Source of the DNA: Lama glama
Taxonomy: Eukaryota
DNA: 64,000 bases
Assembly: GCA_028534125.1 (NCBI GenBank)
Contig: CM052848.1
Span: 13,082,001 to 13,146,000, forward strand
Direction: 5' to 3'
Shown here: piece by piece, positions 12,974 to 27,000 of the stretch
Layout of the letters: each line of letters starts with the position of its first letter
Position numbering within the stretch: the first letter of the stretch is position 1
Made by a program: the position numbers and the translations under genes
Notes under the pieces: model-generated
Told to the model about the DNA's origin: nothing
Database searches by the model: none
The model's input: only the letters and a program-made list of their open reading frames with translations

Positions 12974-14214
12974 TGAGGTGGGAGATTCTACTGGCCGTTC
13001 AGAGGACAAGATGGGAACTTGGCGGCTGTGCAGGACGGCTCCCTGCCGGCAGGCTGGGCAGACTGTGAGGGCACAGCCCAGGCAGTGTCAGGACCCTCAA
13101 GGGCCTTGACATGCTCTCTCTCCGCATATTTTGGGCTGTCTTTTGGGCTCGTTCGGACTCATATCATCTGACAGCGAGGTTCCGTCCAGTTGCCTACAAG
13201 GGAAGCAGTTTCTGCCTCTTCCCGACACTTACTGCGCAGTTGTCTGTGGGCTATATTGAGTCTGACAATTTCAAAAACCCACACTCATGTGTTCTGAGAG
13301 GTGACCAGGAAGCGCGCTCCCAGTCGGTCCCATGGAAGCTCCAGACCTGTTCACACCCCGACTGGATCGGAATCCCCAGTTCCAGAGTCAGGGCTGAGGC
13401 CAGTTTGGCGCCTGCACGGTGGGACTTCCCTCCACGACCCTGGTGCTCACGCTTGACTACTTCCCCCTTTTGTGACCTGGCCTTGGTGTCACTTTGTCTT
13501 GACGGCTCTCTGAGGGGTCTGTACGTCACCCTGTCCAGGGAACAGAGGAGGTTGGCTTATGGAGACGTGAAGGCTGGTGAGGTTGGAGGGTTTCACCCCT
13601 GAGGTAGACAGAGTTCTCGGCTCTGGTCTGTTCGTCAGATTCGTGGACTGGCAGGTGTTTGCAAATTTGTTCACTAACCCAGCGTTTCCAGAGCGCAGAC
13701 AAGGTGGGCTCATGGCTCCTCTTCACAAGCCCAGTCCCCCGACTGCTCAGAGGGCAGCAGATAAGAAATCTTGGTTGTTGCTTTGACTTAAAAATGAGCT
13801 CTGAGCAAAAATTTATTTTTAAGGATCTCCAGAATCGGTAAAGGGACAAGGTTGCCTCCACTAGTGGATTTTTCCAGGTAGGTGAACTTTAGATTGAGGT
13901 GGGCAGTTTTGAACAGCACGACCTTAATTGGGGTTAATTCATTTTTCACCAGCTCTTAGCTGTCATGCCAGTAGACTAGTTTTTAACATGCATCTTAGTT
14001 TTGCGTTTTAATTATTTACGGGATAAGTGCTGATTTCTTTTTCCTGGGAGTTCTTTGAACATTTTATGCTAATACTTCACGTATCTGGATCACTTAGATT
14101 AAAGCGCTTCAGTGAGCAAGTCGGGGAGACGCATGAGGCCCCATGACCGTCTATATTTATATCCACGAGAGACCTCCCCCTACCCCGTCTCCTTCTACTT
14201 TTGGTTAACACGCT

Positions 14215-14480
14215 GGGAAAATTCACTTACCCAGCCTGCGTTCCCGGGTGCCTGCGTAGCGCTAAGTGCTGGGAATTCAAAGGGTGATAGCCTTTGAACA
14301 TACAATCTAGTCGGGAGGAAAACAGACTGTAGCATAGTTATTTTGCAAAGCTCGAGTTAAGTGGTCATTGTCAAAGTTCATAAAATACATGAGGTGCAGA
14401 GGAGGGAGCCAGTTATGGAAAGGTCACTTCAGGGAGGGCTGGACGGAGGTGCTTTGGAAGAAGAAGGATGAGTAACGGGA
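14215..14480 (-). mobile_element. L2 LINE remnant
   Basis: gcgctaagtgctgggaattcaaagggtga...tacaatctagtcgggaggaaaacagac...tcagggagggct resembles the antisense L2 3' end. Confidence 0.5.
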
Positions 14481-17400
14481 GAGGGTCTCCGACTAGGTGG
14501 AACTCCGCCTACAGAGGTATGTTGAGACCACGTGGTTCACAATTTCTGGGTCTAAAGGCTGGAGGGGTGTAGAAGCTGGTCAGCAGGCGCAACGTGGGTG
14601 GAAGCCAGGCTCGGCCTGGAACCTACGTCCCGGGATGGGCATTGCTGGATGGCTGTGGGCAGAGATGATGTGTGTTTGGGGGAGAAGGAGCCCTGTGGCT
14701 GGAGGTGGGGTGGGTCATTGGGGGTGAGGTCGCATAGAGGCTCTGTGTTTTGCCTGAGAGGGGACGGCCCCACCAGCACCATGGAGGTGGGAAGACGAGA
14801 GAACTGGGGGCCAGACCGAGGGGCAGAGCAGCGAGCCCTTCCCTGGGCGGGGGTCAGGCTTCTTCTAGCTCTGTCACCTGCCTGCCGGGTGACATTCTTA
14901 AATGTCCCCAAATCTGAGACAAGAAGTTCTCTTTACTGGGCATAGGGACCTACCTGTCAGCAATGGCAACATTCATCTTGGAGAGGTCTTTCCTTGGAGA
15001 CACTCCCAGCCCTGGGCTGGGATGAGGGGGACAGCTCCCTTATCTGGGGCCCCTTGGAGGGGTGCTAACAGGAAGGGTGCATGCTCAGCCCGGGGCTGGA
15101 GAACAGGAGGGCCGTGTGTGGCAGGCGCTTTCACGTCTATAGGGGCATTTGTGTGGGAAGCGGTGAATGTAACCAAGCAGGCAGGAATTCATTGGACGTG
15201 AAATGGTTGGGAAAAGGGTTTCTTAACTTGGGACCATGGCTCCCTAGAGGGTCCGTGGACAGACTTGGGGGCCCCGTGACCCCAGGACCGTGTGCGAAGT
15301 CGATGCTGTGATTACTTGTGGAGCTCCTGTTTTCCTGGGACTGTTGGATTCTCCTGGGGGGACGTGACCCCCATGGGTTAGAGTCAAGGTCTAGAGCAAG
15401 AACAGGGGTCCAGACGTGTTGGGGTGGGCGCGGGAGGAGGGCCGCCTGGGTGCCCAGACCTCGCCAAGACTCTGCTCCTGTAAAGGAGTCTAACCCTCTG
15501 AACAACTGGGGACAGGGATGCCCCAGGGGAAGGTCACAGGAGCCCCTCAGCTGGTCCTCTGCGAGTTTAGACGTGGGGCGTGTCACAGCCAGGAGACCAG
15601 GTTTGGTTTGTTTGGCTGAGTGCCTGATGACTTGTTTGTCTGATCCGTCCTTCTCCTTTGAGGTGGGGCTTCCTTCCTAAACAAGCAGTTTCTCGGGAGG
15701 AAGAGGCTTCTCTGATTGGTGCTTCTACCTCCCAGAGCACCTCGCATACTCAGAAAGGCAGCAGACCTAACCGCCCAGGTCCTTTCTCCTAACTGTCCAA
15801 ACATGTTTCCTCCTTGAGTATAAGCAAAGCAAACAATGCTCACCCTGCACTAAGGCGCTGCCCCTTCTGCCTGTCCCGCCACATGCAAACGGTCCAGGCG
15901 AGGCTCCACCGGCCCAGAGGAGCGCCCTCCCCAGCTTCCCGCTCCACAGCATCCTGTTGTGTAACTTTGACGACACGGGGCGTCCTTTCCTCCCTCCTGG
16001 AATCCTCATGGTGCATTCCTTGTGTTGCTCACTTAGATCTAATTAATATCTTTAATTGGCGTGTTCTGTAGCTCTGGGAGCCGCTTATTGGGTTTCATAG
16101 GTGTCTCTGGCAGCACAAAATGTTCAGTGAGCGAAATGATTGTTCCAGTGAAATGAACATGCACAGATTCACTGAGTTAACAAATGAGTTAAGTGATGAC
16201 TTCATGGAAACTCCTGAGACAGTGGTTTTGGATTATCTTCTCAGCGTAAGATATGGAAATGGACAATGTGTGTGGAGGTTTTGGGGGAGAGAAATGTGCC
16301 TCTTCTTTTAGATGGTAAAAAACACCGTGTGTCCGTGTGTGGTTTTCACCAGGAAGAGCATGTGTGTAAGCGGGTTTGCGTCCTTTGTGCCTGGAGGCCG
16401 CCGGGGCGACGGGAGGGCGGGTTGTGGGTGTCTCCGCCCAGGGGGTGGGTGTCACTGCGGGGACAGGGAAACAGCCACATTGGGCTTGAATTCCCTGCTC
16501 TGGTTCTGGACACGAGGCCCAGCACGTAGGCGGGTGGTGTGACTAGGTGGGTGAGAGACGGTTGGAGCTGCTGGGGCTCCGCCTGACTCCTTGTGCAGCT
16601 GGGGACATGGAATCCCGGTCCGGGCCGTTTTCATCATCTGCCGGCTGTGGGGACCAGTCAGCTCAGGGATGGGTAACTGGGCACAGCTGGACTAGACGGA
16701 GCCCTTTCCATCCTTAGTCTAAACCACCTTCCTTTCCTGGGCCTGGTGCCCAGTGTCCCCGGGGGACCCCCGCTCCTCACTCACCAGAGTTTCAGGTCCT
16801 GGTTTTCTCATCTGTAGGTGGAGACGCACATGTGTGGCCTGTGCTGTGCTGGGTGCCTGGTCGCTCTGGGACGTGGGGTCTGGCCCCAGGACAGTCACAT
16901 GTGACCCGAGTAGATTAGACCCACTGGTGACACTGCATTTGGAATGTTCTCTGATCGCTATTAGGGATGTGAGGGAGGTGGATTTTCTGTGAATCGACCA
17001 GAGTCATGGGACGGGGCAGGTTGTCAGGTCCCGACGTAAGAAGCTCCACGTAAGGCAAGCTCAGTGCGTGTGCGTTTGTTGCAGACAGAGGAGGACTCTG
17101 GCCATTAGGGCTTCAGAGGAGGGGGGCGACCGCTGTTTGTTTCTTTGGGAACGTGCTTCACATCCTTATCTGAAGAGGCCCGTTGGCTGGGCAGATTGGG
17201 GAGGAAGTCTCATTCATCTGGGGCACAGAGCGGCACAGACGCCCTGAGGCCAGGCATGCGGGTCTGAGGGTCGGGTGCGGGTCCCTGGCAGTGAGGCCTG
17301 GCAGAGCCTGGATGGGACAGCCCAGGACCCCGTTTGTTCCCGCACTCGGCTCTGGGGGGGAGAAGAGGAGCTGGCAGGAGGTGGGCAGCGTTGTGGACTT

Positions 17401-17601
17401 TAGGTGAACAAGACTCATCCGGGATGTGAAACTGCGATTTTATGTGATCAAGTTGGCTCGTTGCGTGATTAACTGCCTTGCCTCAGCGGGAGACAGGGCG
17501 ATGGCTCCCTAGGCCCTGGTAGGTGGAGGTGCACTCCCTGGAGGGCCCTGGGTTGGGCGAGCGGGAAAACAGGCGTGGTTACAGCAGTGGAGACCCAGAG
17601 A

Positions 17602-17678
17602 CTCTGAGACCCAGACCCCAGGGCCCTGGGGCTCCCGGCCACCCTCTGAGATCCAGACCCCAGGGCCCTGGGGCTCCC
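17602..17678. repeat. Local tandem duplication, 42-bp period, 2 copies
   Basis: ctctgagacccagaccccagggccctggggctccc (17602-17636) recurs at 17644-17678 with one mismatch. Confidence 0.9.
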
Positions 17679-17983
17679 TGCCGCCAGTGTCACAGCACCC
17701 CCGGCCCCCTGATTCTGGCTCTTGCTTCTGTAAGAGCTGGACGCAGAGAAGACCGTCTGGTCTGCAGTGTGTCTTGATCTGTCCCCCTCCTCCTCAGCTC
17801 CAGGGGCTGCTGTCCTTACGGGACGAGACACGTCTGCACCTCCGGGCTGCTGAGGGATCAGTGGTCCCCTCCTCTCTCGGGAGGGGAGGCCCCTCGTCCG
17901 GCTGCTGGGGGAGTGATTCCTTGCAGAGTGCTTCATTCAGCTTCAAATTTTCACCATCACAGCGCATGGTGCTGCTGTCAGTG

Positions 17984-18010
17984 TGGCTTTTGAGGCTTTT
18001 GAGGCTTTTG
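17984..18010. repeat. 9-bp tandem repeat (ggcttttga) x3
   Basis: ggcttttgaggcttttgaggcttttgg read directly. Confidence 0.85.
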
Positions 18011-20634
18011 GGGCGGCCCCATTGCAAAAGCAAAATACCGCAATTTGGCTATTTATCGACATCCATGAACACAATAGAAATGGCTCCTGCTTCCTGGCTG
18101 CTCCCTTAAGTGCAGTTGAAAGGGAGAAAGTGTTTGCTTTTCTGGGGCTTTTATTCTAGCACTTTTTGTATTTAATAAAAGAGTCAGAAAATATGTCTGA
18201 AGTGCTCTTTTCAATCTGAAGAACAGAGGCTGCCTTTGTGGGAGGGAGGCAGCTCCAGCCTCCCCGGGCCTGAGAGGGGACGTGGGGCGGGGGACCCCAG
18301 CTCCAGCCCAGACCCGGGGCTCCCACGCACCCGCAGAGGGCCCAGTGTCTCCTGGGTGGAAAGCTGCGTGCGATGCCGCAGTGACAGCCCGGCCTCGGGT
18401 GTCTCGGGAGGACTGGGGTGACGCCTGACTCTGGGGGGCCCGGCCGCGTACTTCACCCCCGGCGGGGGCGTGTTATGTGCTTGACCCTCCCCACTTTCTG
18501 TGTCGCTTCCGTGTGTCATCCCTCCTGGAGAAAAACGACCCTCGCAACCAGACTGTAGTTTCTGCACAAAGAGTTTTATTTAGAAAACAGAAGCGCCTTG
18601 TCATTTCTGTCAGTGTTCTCATCGTTCACATCTCCCACCAAATGACTTCCTAGTTTATCACACACGTAGTCCCTGGAAATACATTAACTCGGTCCTGTTA
18701 AATAACCAATGTTGAATCAAAAGCCCAGAAAATAGCTTTCGTGTTTGCATCACTCTTGGCTGCATGTCTGGAGAGCCGAGCGGTCTTGACCGTCTCTTCC
18801 AATCCCCCAGGAGGGCCCCCCACTTCAGGGCACAGGTACGGGTCCTCCCACCCCAGGGGTGCCCGGGTCGGCGTCAGGCCGGGAACAGACGTGCGCGCGA
18901 GGGCCTGGGGAGCAGACACGCTGGGAACCGGAGCCATGGTGCCCCGAGCGATCTGTCCGCCGCTGGGAAGGAGGGTGGCGGGACTGCGGTGGGCGGCTTC
19001 CCAGTGCTTCTGACGCTCACGGCCCTCGCTTTAAACCTTCCCGCAATGGGCTGGTTTTTGTCTGTGAGCTCTAACGGAAGCTGCGAAGAGAATCCCGCTC
19101 TTACGGTCACATGGGCACCTTGCTGTTACAGGTTGTGCTGATGGGTCGTAAACTTGCAGAACGTTGATCCTTGTCCTGTGGAGTTTTCGGCTCTGAGTGA
19201 GCAGGTGGCTGATGGAGACGGCAAACGGCCAACCTGTCGTTGCTCCTGATGCTCATGGTGACTGGGGCACATTTCTTGCACTGTTTTATTTCCACAGCCT
19301 GCGTGCACGTGAAGTTACCTGCAAACTGTTTGAAAAAATTCACCAAGTGTCTGGTGTCTCTTCCTTTTCCAGGCGGATGACCTGACCCTGGGACGGGGTG
19401 ACCAGTAGGTATAACACACAAGACTGAGGCTCAAATTAATTGTTTTCCCGAGAGTAACCAACTCAGAAAACATTTGATTGCAAAGCACTGTGCTGCACGT
19501 GATGGAAAACATACAGTGTACTGTTTTGCCCACCTGAAGTAAATGTTTCTGTGAGGGAGATAACTCCAGTTAATTCTGATAATTGCTTTAATATGAGAGC
19601 CAGCAACTCTTTTGTAAAAACCAGCTGAGAAATATTTTACGCTTTCCAGACATGTGCAGTCTGACCTGTGTGGCTGTAGCAAGAAGTGGCTGTGGTGAAA
19701 TCGGGGAGAAACGGGGGGAGGTGTTGAGGAGGCCTCGTGTGCCAAGGGCAGGGAGGAGGAGGTGGGGACGGTGGCCCTTGGTGGGCAACAGGGAGGGCGC
19801 ATGCTTAGGAAAGTGGGTGTGAAATGAAGGGGTGTCTACTGACCGACGGAGGCCTGGGTGAGGGTCTCTGGGGACTCGAGTGGCCCCGAGGGCGCAGGCA
19901 TTGGTTTTCTTGACCGTTGCGTCCCTACTGTGAATCCTGTTTGGACAAAAAGTAGGGTCAAGTGTGAATCAGTGGTTTGGGGCGACCCTGGCCCGTTGCT
20001 CAGCTGTTTCTGGTCATTCTGGGCAGCCTGGGCGTGGGGAGACCCACACCCTCCCTGGGTGCCCACTGACATGACGGAACGGGGCCAGTCCCTCTGGGCC
20101 TCCCCCGGCTGGGGCACCACGGTGCAGGTCTGCGCAGTGACCATGAGCTCCAACTCTGATGAATCTGAATGGACGTTGGAGTCACTTCAGCTCATCATGC
20201 AGGTACTGACACGTGCCTGTGTGTCCTGGTTTCATGAATTTTTAATTTATGACATTCTTCTGTGAGATGCCACGTACGTCTTCGGTGGCCGTGTTTAGTC
20301 AAGGGCAGTGCACAAAGTCGGGGGTAGTGACGAAGGCGCCTGTGACTTGGGGACGTGGAGCCCAGGGCAGCCGTGGTACCAGTGTACTGATGACTGAAAT
20401 GTCCGTGTGGGAAGAAATCACGTAGCCTGGCTCAGGGGTGAGTGAACAGAGGTAATAGATTCAAATTATGAAGAAAATTTTCTCAGTATTTCTAACGATG
20501 GTGTTTTGGACCCTCAAGGACATACCAGAGGCCTCCTGGTTTAAGAGATCTGGAATCAGGTTGAACAATCCGTGCTCCCCAGGAAGAGGGGCCGAGAGGG
20601 AGAAAATACAGCCCGGTCACTTCTCTGTCTGCAG

Positions 20635-21040
20635 TTTTTTCAGCGGCTTTATTGGGTTAGAAATTACATGCCATCCAGCTCACATGAAGTGTACAGTTCA
20701 GTGCTCCTTCGGAGACTTGTGCAGACACCACACAGTCGACATTAAAACGTTTCCATCACCTCCAGACCCCCTCCGTCCGCAGCCGTGGGCCACCACTTCC
20801 TGTGGCTGCAGACTTCCCTGTGCTGGGTTTCCGTGTGGATGGGCCCGTGTGGCAGGTGGCCTTCTGTGCCCAGCTTCTTCCACTTGGCTGAGGTTTTCAA
20901 GGCTCGTCCATTGTGGCAGGAACCACTCCTTTTCATGGCTGAGGAATATTCCTCTGTGTGGATGATGCCGCGTTGTGTTTATCCAACACCCAGTGATGGA
21001 CATTGGGTCGTTTCCACCTCTACGTTTGCTTGTAACCATT
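20635..21040 (-). mobile_element. Ancient L1M (L1MB/MC-like) 3' end, antisense
   Basis: ttttttcagcggctttattgggttagaaattacatgccat...aagtgtacagttcagtg...ttcatggctgaggaatattcctctgtgtggat...gatggacattgggtcgtttccac are L1M 3'UTR hallmarks. Confidence 0.8.
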
Positions 21041-24000
21041 GTACAGAAAGATAAATATTCACTCCGTTTTGAGACCGAAATCACTTTTTCTCCCATGAGA
21101 ACCAGCTGGCAATTCAGGGAAAATGTTGGGTCAAAGTCAGGGTCTGGCTAGTCCTAGGACTCTCCTGGGGTCGCGGCCAGTGGGTGACGATGCCTGGCCG
21201 GCCGTGTGGAGTCCAAGAGCCGCAGTCCTGCTGTGGCAGAGGAGGCCTGGTTCCTCCGTGAGCTCTGAGAGCTGCCTGAGTGTGAGTCCCCAGGTCAGGA
21301 TGTTCTAGTGATGTCCTTGGGCCCTGGGTTCCAGGAAAGGTGCTGGTGGTGAGCACGTGATGGGGGAGCCTCAAGACCCCGGCCCTCCCTCCCGCAGGAA
21401 GGTCCTGGGCTCAGGCTGGAACTCCTGACTGAGCCCCTCCTTGGTGAAGTTCCCCCCTGCCGTCCCCTCCTGGTCTCAAGGGGCAGCCACCCTATCCCAG
21501 GGCCCATCCTGATGCAGGCTCATATCCCTGCCCACTGGCTGATGGCCAGGCGGGGGCCAGGCTCCTCCAGCTCCCAGGCGGGTGGTCAGGGAGGAGGGGA
21601 GATGGGTGACCCGGCCTGCGGACCCCTGTCTGCTGCTTCTCCCAGTGTCCAGCGCGGGCACTCCGCTCCTTCCGCGCTGGCACTGAAGGAGCTGTTTCGC
21701 TTGGGAACCACGTTCCCTGGGGACCTGCTTAACTAAGTCCCCGTTCGCACGGAGCCCCAGCTCGTGTGGCGGGTTTCTCTCGCTGGAGCTATTTTTGGGT
21801 CCTTGTCTGGAAAGATGCCTCTCTCCCCGCAGGCAGCCTCTGACTGCGCCAGGTGGCTCCGTGTAGCGTCTTAGTTTTCAGAGCACTTGCTATTTTCGGT
21901 TTCTCAGGTACTCACTTGACCTGGAATTCTGATAAGGTGTTTAAAATAGCCTCTGGGCCGCCCGTGGGCTGTTGGACTTCTGAACTTACTGTGCTGCACT
22001 TGCTTGACTCTGAAACAGAGTAAGCCCGGTGACGGAAGCTTCCTCGGTTCCCTCCCTCCTCCGGGCGCTGACTCGCCTGGCTGCCAGCACCCGTCCCACA
22101 GTGGAAAGGGAGGGTGACGTGTCCATCTGCAGGCCTTCTGGAAGCTTCCTGGGACCTGTGTTTGCTGATCTGAGGACACGCGCTTTTCAAAAGCGGGAAT
22201 CCCTGTATGTTAACGGTGCACAGCTGCCATCTTCAGACCATCTTGTTCGAAGCCTCTCAGGGGCCAAGAAGGGCTGGGTCTCATTCAAGGTCACGAGCTG
22301 GTCTGGCGGGGGAGCCGGCTATCTGGAACCCCCGTCTACCCTGGAGGCATGTCAAGCGGCTGTAGGGGTGGTCTTTCCCGGGATATCGCAGGCCACCTCG
22401 GAGAGTGGGGGTGGAGGCTGACTGCGGGCCACACTGGGCCGCCCTCACCCTGTGGCCCAGCGTGTGGCCCTGGCCAGGGTCCTGCCCTGGTGTTTGCGGT
22501 CGTTTGACCCCTGCTGTGCCGCCCTCAGCCTGACCGTGGTTCCTGCTGCCTCCCTGGGGCAGCCAGGTTTGGTGGCACTAGACCAGCTCCTAGGGCGTGT
22601 GCTGGGAAGGCCCGGCTTTGCCCTGGGTGAGGGCGGCCCAGGTTGCCGGCCTGGATCTGGACGGTACTCCCAGGACCAGCCGCGCACCTGCGAGGCCGTC
22701 GCCGTGCTGTGGCCATGGACCCACCTGAACCCGCTGGGTCTGGGCAGTGACGTTGGTGGACCCTGGGATGACTTGTGCGGGGGGCGGGAGAGTCCCCGGC
22801 AGGACCTGCCCCCACCCTTTCAGGCCTCTTGGTGCCGGGGCTCAGCAGGGGGTCATACTGACGCCCATGGCCTGACTCTGACTTTTGGGGCCACACCCCT
22901 GGTGGGGCTCTTGCAGACAGGTGCAGGCGAGCCCGGAGTGTCCTCTGCTGCTCTGGACACAGCACAGTGGCCTCTGGGCCCCGGGCCCCGTAGTCCTGGT
23001 CACGGTTAGCTATCAGCCGTGCAGGGCACTGTCTCCTTGCAGAGGAGTCCACGGGCACAGAAAGACGGCCGCCGTGCCATCTGGAGGGGGAGCCAGACTG
23101 TCCTGCCTTGGCCACCTGCCAGCTTCCTGTCCTGAGGCAGGGGATGGCCTCTCGGGGGCCCATCTTCAGTGAAGGAGGAGGCCAGGCTCTTCCCTAGGAG
23201 CAAACAAGGCCCCGTTCCTGGAAGAGACTCGGGACTCAGACGCCCAGGTGCCCAGCAGGTAACAGAGCACCAGGGGCTCTCGAGGCCCCCAAGCTGGAGG
23301 TTTCACGCTCTTAATGATCCCTGATTTGTGTTTTTGGTGGACAGTGGACCTGCCGGAACCTGACGCCTGGGCTCCTATTGTGGTCCCCCGCCCAGCAGGG
23401 CTCCCCGGAGTCTTCAAGACTCTGCGCTGGCCCTTCCTGGACCTCCAGTCCCAGTGTGTGGGGTTCACCTCTCAGTCCCCCGAGCAGCCCCTTCGGAGGT
23501 CCCTCCTGGATGCAGGGTGAGTCGCTTCCGGGACCTTCTGCGACCGTGACATTGACTGAGTGTGTTGTAAATGAAAAGATAAAATAACTCCCCCATGATC
23601 TCACCCCATGAGATCACAGCTACAGTAGCGTATACGTGGTGGTAAAATTTATGGCCCCAAAGAATAGATTCTTCAACAATGCGAGACGAGGTGATTTAAA
23701 CATCCAGGGGACAAATGATCTAAAATCAGACTCTGAGCTGGCATGTGGGTAGAGGGGCAGGACGGGCTGTCTCACAGGGGTGGGGGCCCTTGCATGTGCC
23801 CCCCAGGGCTTTGTCAATGTCTGGAGATGGTTTGGTGGCCCCAGCCCAGGGAGGTGGACTGGCATCTGGTGGGTGGGACCAGGGTTCACAGCCAGAGCCG
23901 AGCTCAGACAGAGGTCCCCAGAGGGCAGGGGTGAGGCTCAGCATCGCCCTGTGTGCCCTGGCATGGCGGCCAGGTCCTCTCACTCGCCTGCTCTGACCCT

Positions 24001-27000
24001 GCACATCCCTCTCAGGAGGACCTCTGCCTCCTCCCTCGTGCATTTGGGCTGCACCAGGAGGGGCTAAAGCCTCCAGCCCGCCTGGCAGTGACCGCTCTGA
24101 GGACAACACACAGCTATCGACCTGGAAAGATGTTCTCTATGTGGAGTGGCAATATTACCGGTTCTAGGAAACCTCAGGAGGCTGTTAGCAATAGCCAGAC
24201 CTTCTGCCTCACACCAGCCCGACGGGAATGTTTTCAAACAAGGAGAAAAGATGAAAAAACCTAGTGAAGCCCTGTGCCCCGTCACTTGTATTCAACTGCT
24301 AATTTTGCCACGGTTTCTTTGTCTGTACGCCTGTCCATCTTGGTTGAACTGTGAAACAAGGCTTTCATTCTGCAGTGCGGTGTTGCTTCTGCCCCAGATG
24401 GTCCAGCGTCTCCGGAGTCGTCCCTGCACGAGAACCAGCGAGAACTTATCAGACCAACACCTGGTCCACTTTGGGTCTCCCCACTTGTCCCTTAAAAAAC
24501 CTCCTTGTGGGTTTTGTTGAAAGTAGGCCTGTTCTTTCTTTTCCTTCTTACACGGCTTTGAGGGCTCTGATCCAGGTAATCCCAGGCCTCTGACCCCTGG
24601 GACGCCAGGGCCACTGCCACCTGGGGACACCCCCGCCGTCCTGACCAGATGGAGCTGCCCTGTGTGGGACCCCAGATCGAGGACGTCTCCGCAACCCTGC
24701 TCTCTGAGGCCTCCACCCTCAGTGACACCAAGCCTCTTGTTTTGTGAAACGTCCCCGTTCTGGGTTTGTGGGTCATTTTGGTGGCATCTTTCTCTGAACT
24801 GGAGGTGGGGCCAAACCATAGGCTTTCTTATGTCCCAGGTAAATAACTGTGGAAGAGCGACACGTATGACTGTTTCTGCTCACGATGAAAATCACTTTTG
24901 TGGGTGAGAAAGCGGGTGCCTCATTTGTGGATGGACGGCCCCGACTGCGGGGCTCGCAGGCTTGTCTGCTGGCCGGGCCAGGCAGGGGTCCCCTCCGAGT
25001 CCCTCCCCAGCCCTCTGCAGAAGTGATACCTGTCTGTGCAGGTACCTCGGGCCTCGGCTGACGGCCCTCCTCTCCTCTGTTTTCCATGGAAACCACCTGC
25101 GGGTTATGGGTTGTTTGTTTACTTGGAGGAAATGTAGGCGGGTGACTCAGCTCCGAGCAGAGCTGAGATGGTATGTCTGGAGGCCTGCTGGCTGTTGGGA
25201 CCTCAGGGCATCACGTGGCCTCGGGTCCCTTGTGACTGAAAATGTGTGGGTGGAGGGTCCCCTCCGCACCGGATCCCACAGGGCATCGGAGGTTATTCCT
25301 GGGGCTTGTGGGCGTTCTGACTACGGTCCTGACCTGGGAGTTGCGGTCACCATTGTGAGCGCTGACCCTGTGCTGGTGGCCCCAGATCCCCCTCCAGCCC
25401 CGGGCTTGCGGTGGGTTCCGAAGGGCCCTATGTTTGGCTGAGCTCTGCCTCTGGAGGGCGGAGCTGCAGGTGAGCCCTTGGTGCTGGGGGGACGTCCTGG
25501 TCGCTAGGAGCGGGGGTGGGGGCTGAGGGTGAGGTGCAGGGGTGGAGGTCTGAGCCTCATGCCTGTGATCACACTGCAGTCCAGTGTGAACAGAGATCTG
25601 TTTACAGAGGCTCATTTTCACGCACTGCGGTGGTTATTTCTGGATCATTCTGGTGTATGGTAGTCATTAGGGTAAGCCGTGTATCTGATTAAATAAAGAA
25701 TTTGTCTCTAATTTATTCCAATTTAAAGATGTCTCCTGTGTTCTCTTGTCTCTGGGGGAGGGGAGGCAGGTTGCTATGGAGACAGCACAAGAAAAAGTGA
25801 CAGCAAGAAGGCTCGGCTTCGATGTTGGAAATATTTGTGATGCAGGTAATTGTACGTGTAACGGTGTCGTGCGGCAGTCATCCGCCTTGAAGTCGTGTGT
25901 CATGGAATTTTATGGTGAAGCAGTGTTGCCATGAGGAAGCAGAGACAGTTTGTGTTGTTAGGATGTTGCAGTCGTGAACGTTAAAGGTTTGAGGGAGACT
26001 GAAATTGTTGAGGGTTGGTGGGCGGCTGCCGCTCGAGGCAGTGTGACCCCCACAGAATTTGGAAATAAACCTGAGACTCGCCTGAGACTGACTTGCAGGT
26101 GGGATTTCGTCGGTGCCTGAAAGCAGCTTCACTCTGGGAGATGAGTGATTTTGACCCATTTTTCCTTCTATCTCATTTTAATCAAACTGTATCTCACGTT
26201 TTGGGGACCAATTAACAGTGACCCAAGCTGCTTCCGTCTGTCCTCATGTCTCCGGCGTTTCTTGTAGTTTTGCTCTAGTTTGGATTCTGCCTTTTGTCCA
26301 CAGCCCAGCCCATGTTGGAATTCTGATGCTCTTTAAGGGAAGGGGCGCTTCCTTGTGGACCAGGTTAACCTGACGGCTCAGTCGCTCGCCGAATGCCTGC
26401 GCCAGGCGCTCAGTCCATCTTCGTGGGGTTCACGCTCCAGGTCCAAGGTCGCTGGGACATGAGGTCACTGTCGGGGTGGGGGGTGTCTACCACACAGCCA
26501 TCGGTTCCCAGCCTGGCTTTTGTGGAACCTCTTGATTAATGATGCTGGAAGCCCAGGAAACAGCAATTTAATGAGATTCACAATGATGCTACTTTGGGGG
26601 TGTGGGAATTCAGCAGGGAGAGCATAGCCGTGTCCATGGGAAGCAGAGGACACTGCCGGCCGCTTGTGGTGTCCGGCCAGGTGCTGGGGGGGGCATCGGA
26701 CAGGTGGGGGCGGGCTAGCAGAGGACACCGTGGTGTAAGAGTGCTAAGGGGACAGCCGTGGGCTCCATCACGGCCCCTCTGTGCCTCTTCCTGGGCCTGA
26801 GCCAGGACCCTTGGATCCAAGACATGGGGGCCTGCGAGGGAGTCCAGGGGGAGTGGTATTCCGAGAGGGCAGAGGACGCAGCGGGAGAGCTCAGGGGAGC
26901 CCGGGGCCTGCTGAGTAGATGCATCGTGGAGATGCTCTTGGCTGCGAGTAGCAAAAACCAGCTGGACGTGGTTTGGGTCACAGGGAGACTCAGTCTCCCA

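Noticed and set aside
15213-15290. Possible hAT MITE end (gggtttcttaacttgggaccatgg); possible MaLR remnant at about 28120-28420
   Set aside because: Too short or diverged to call without a repeat library search.
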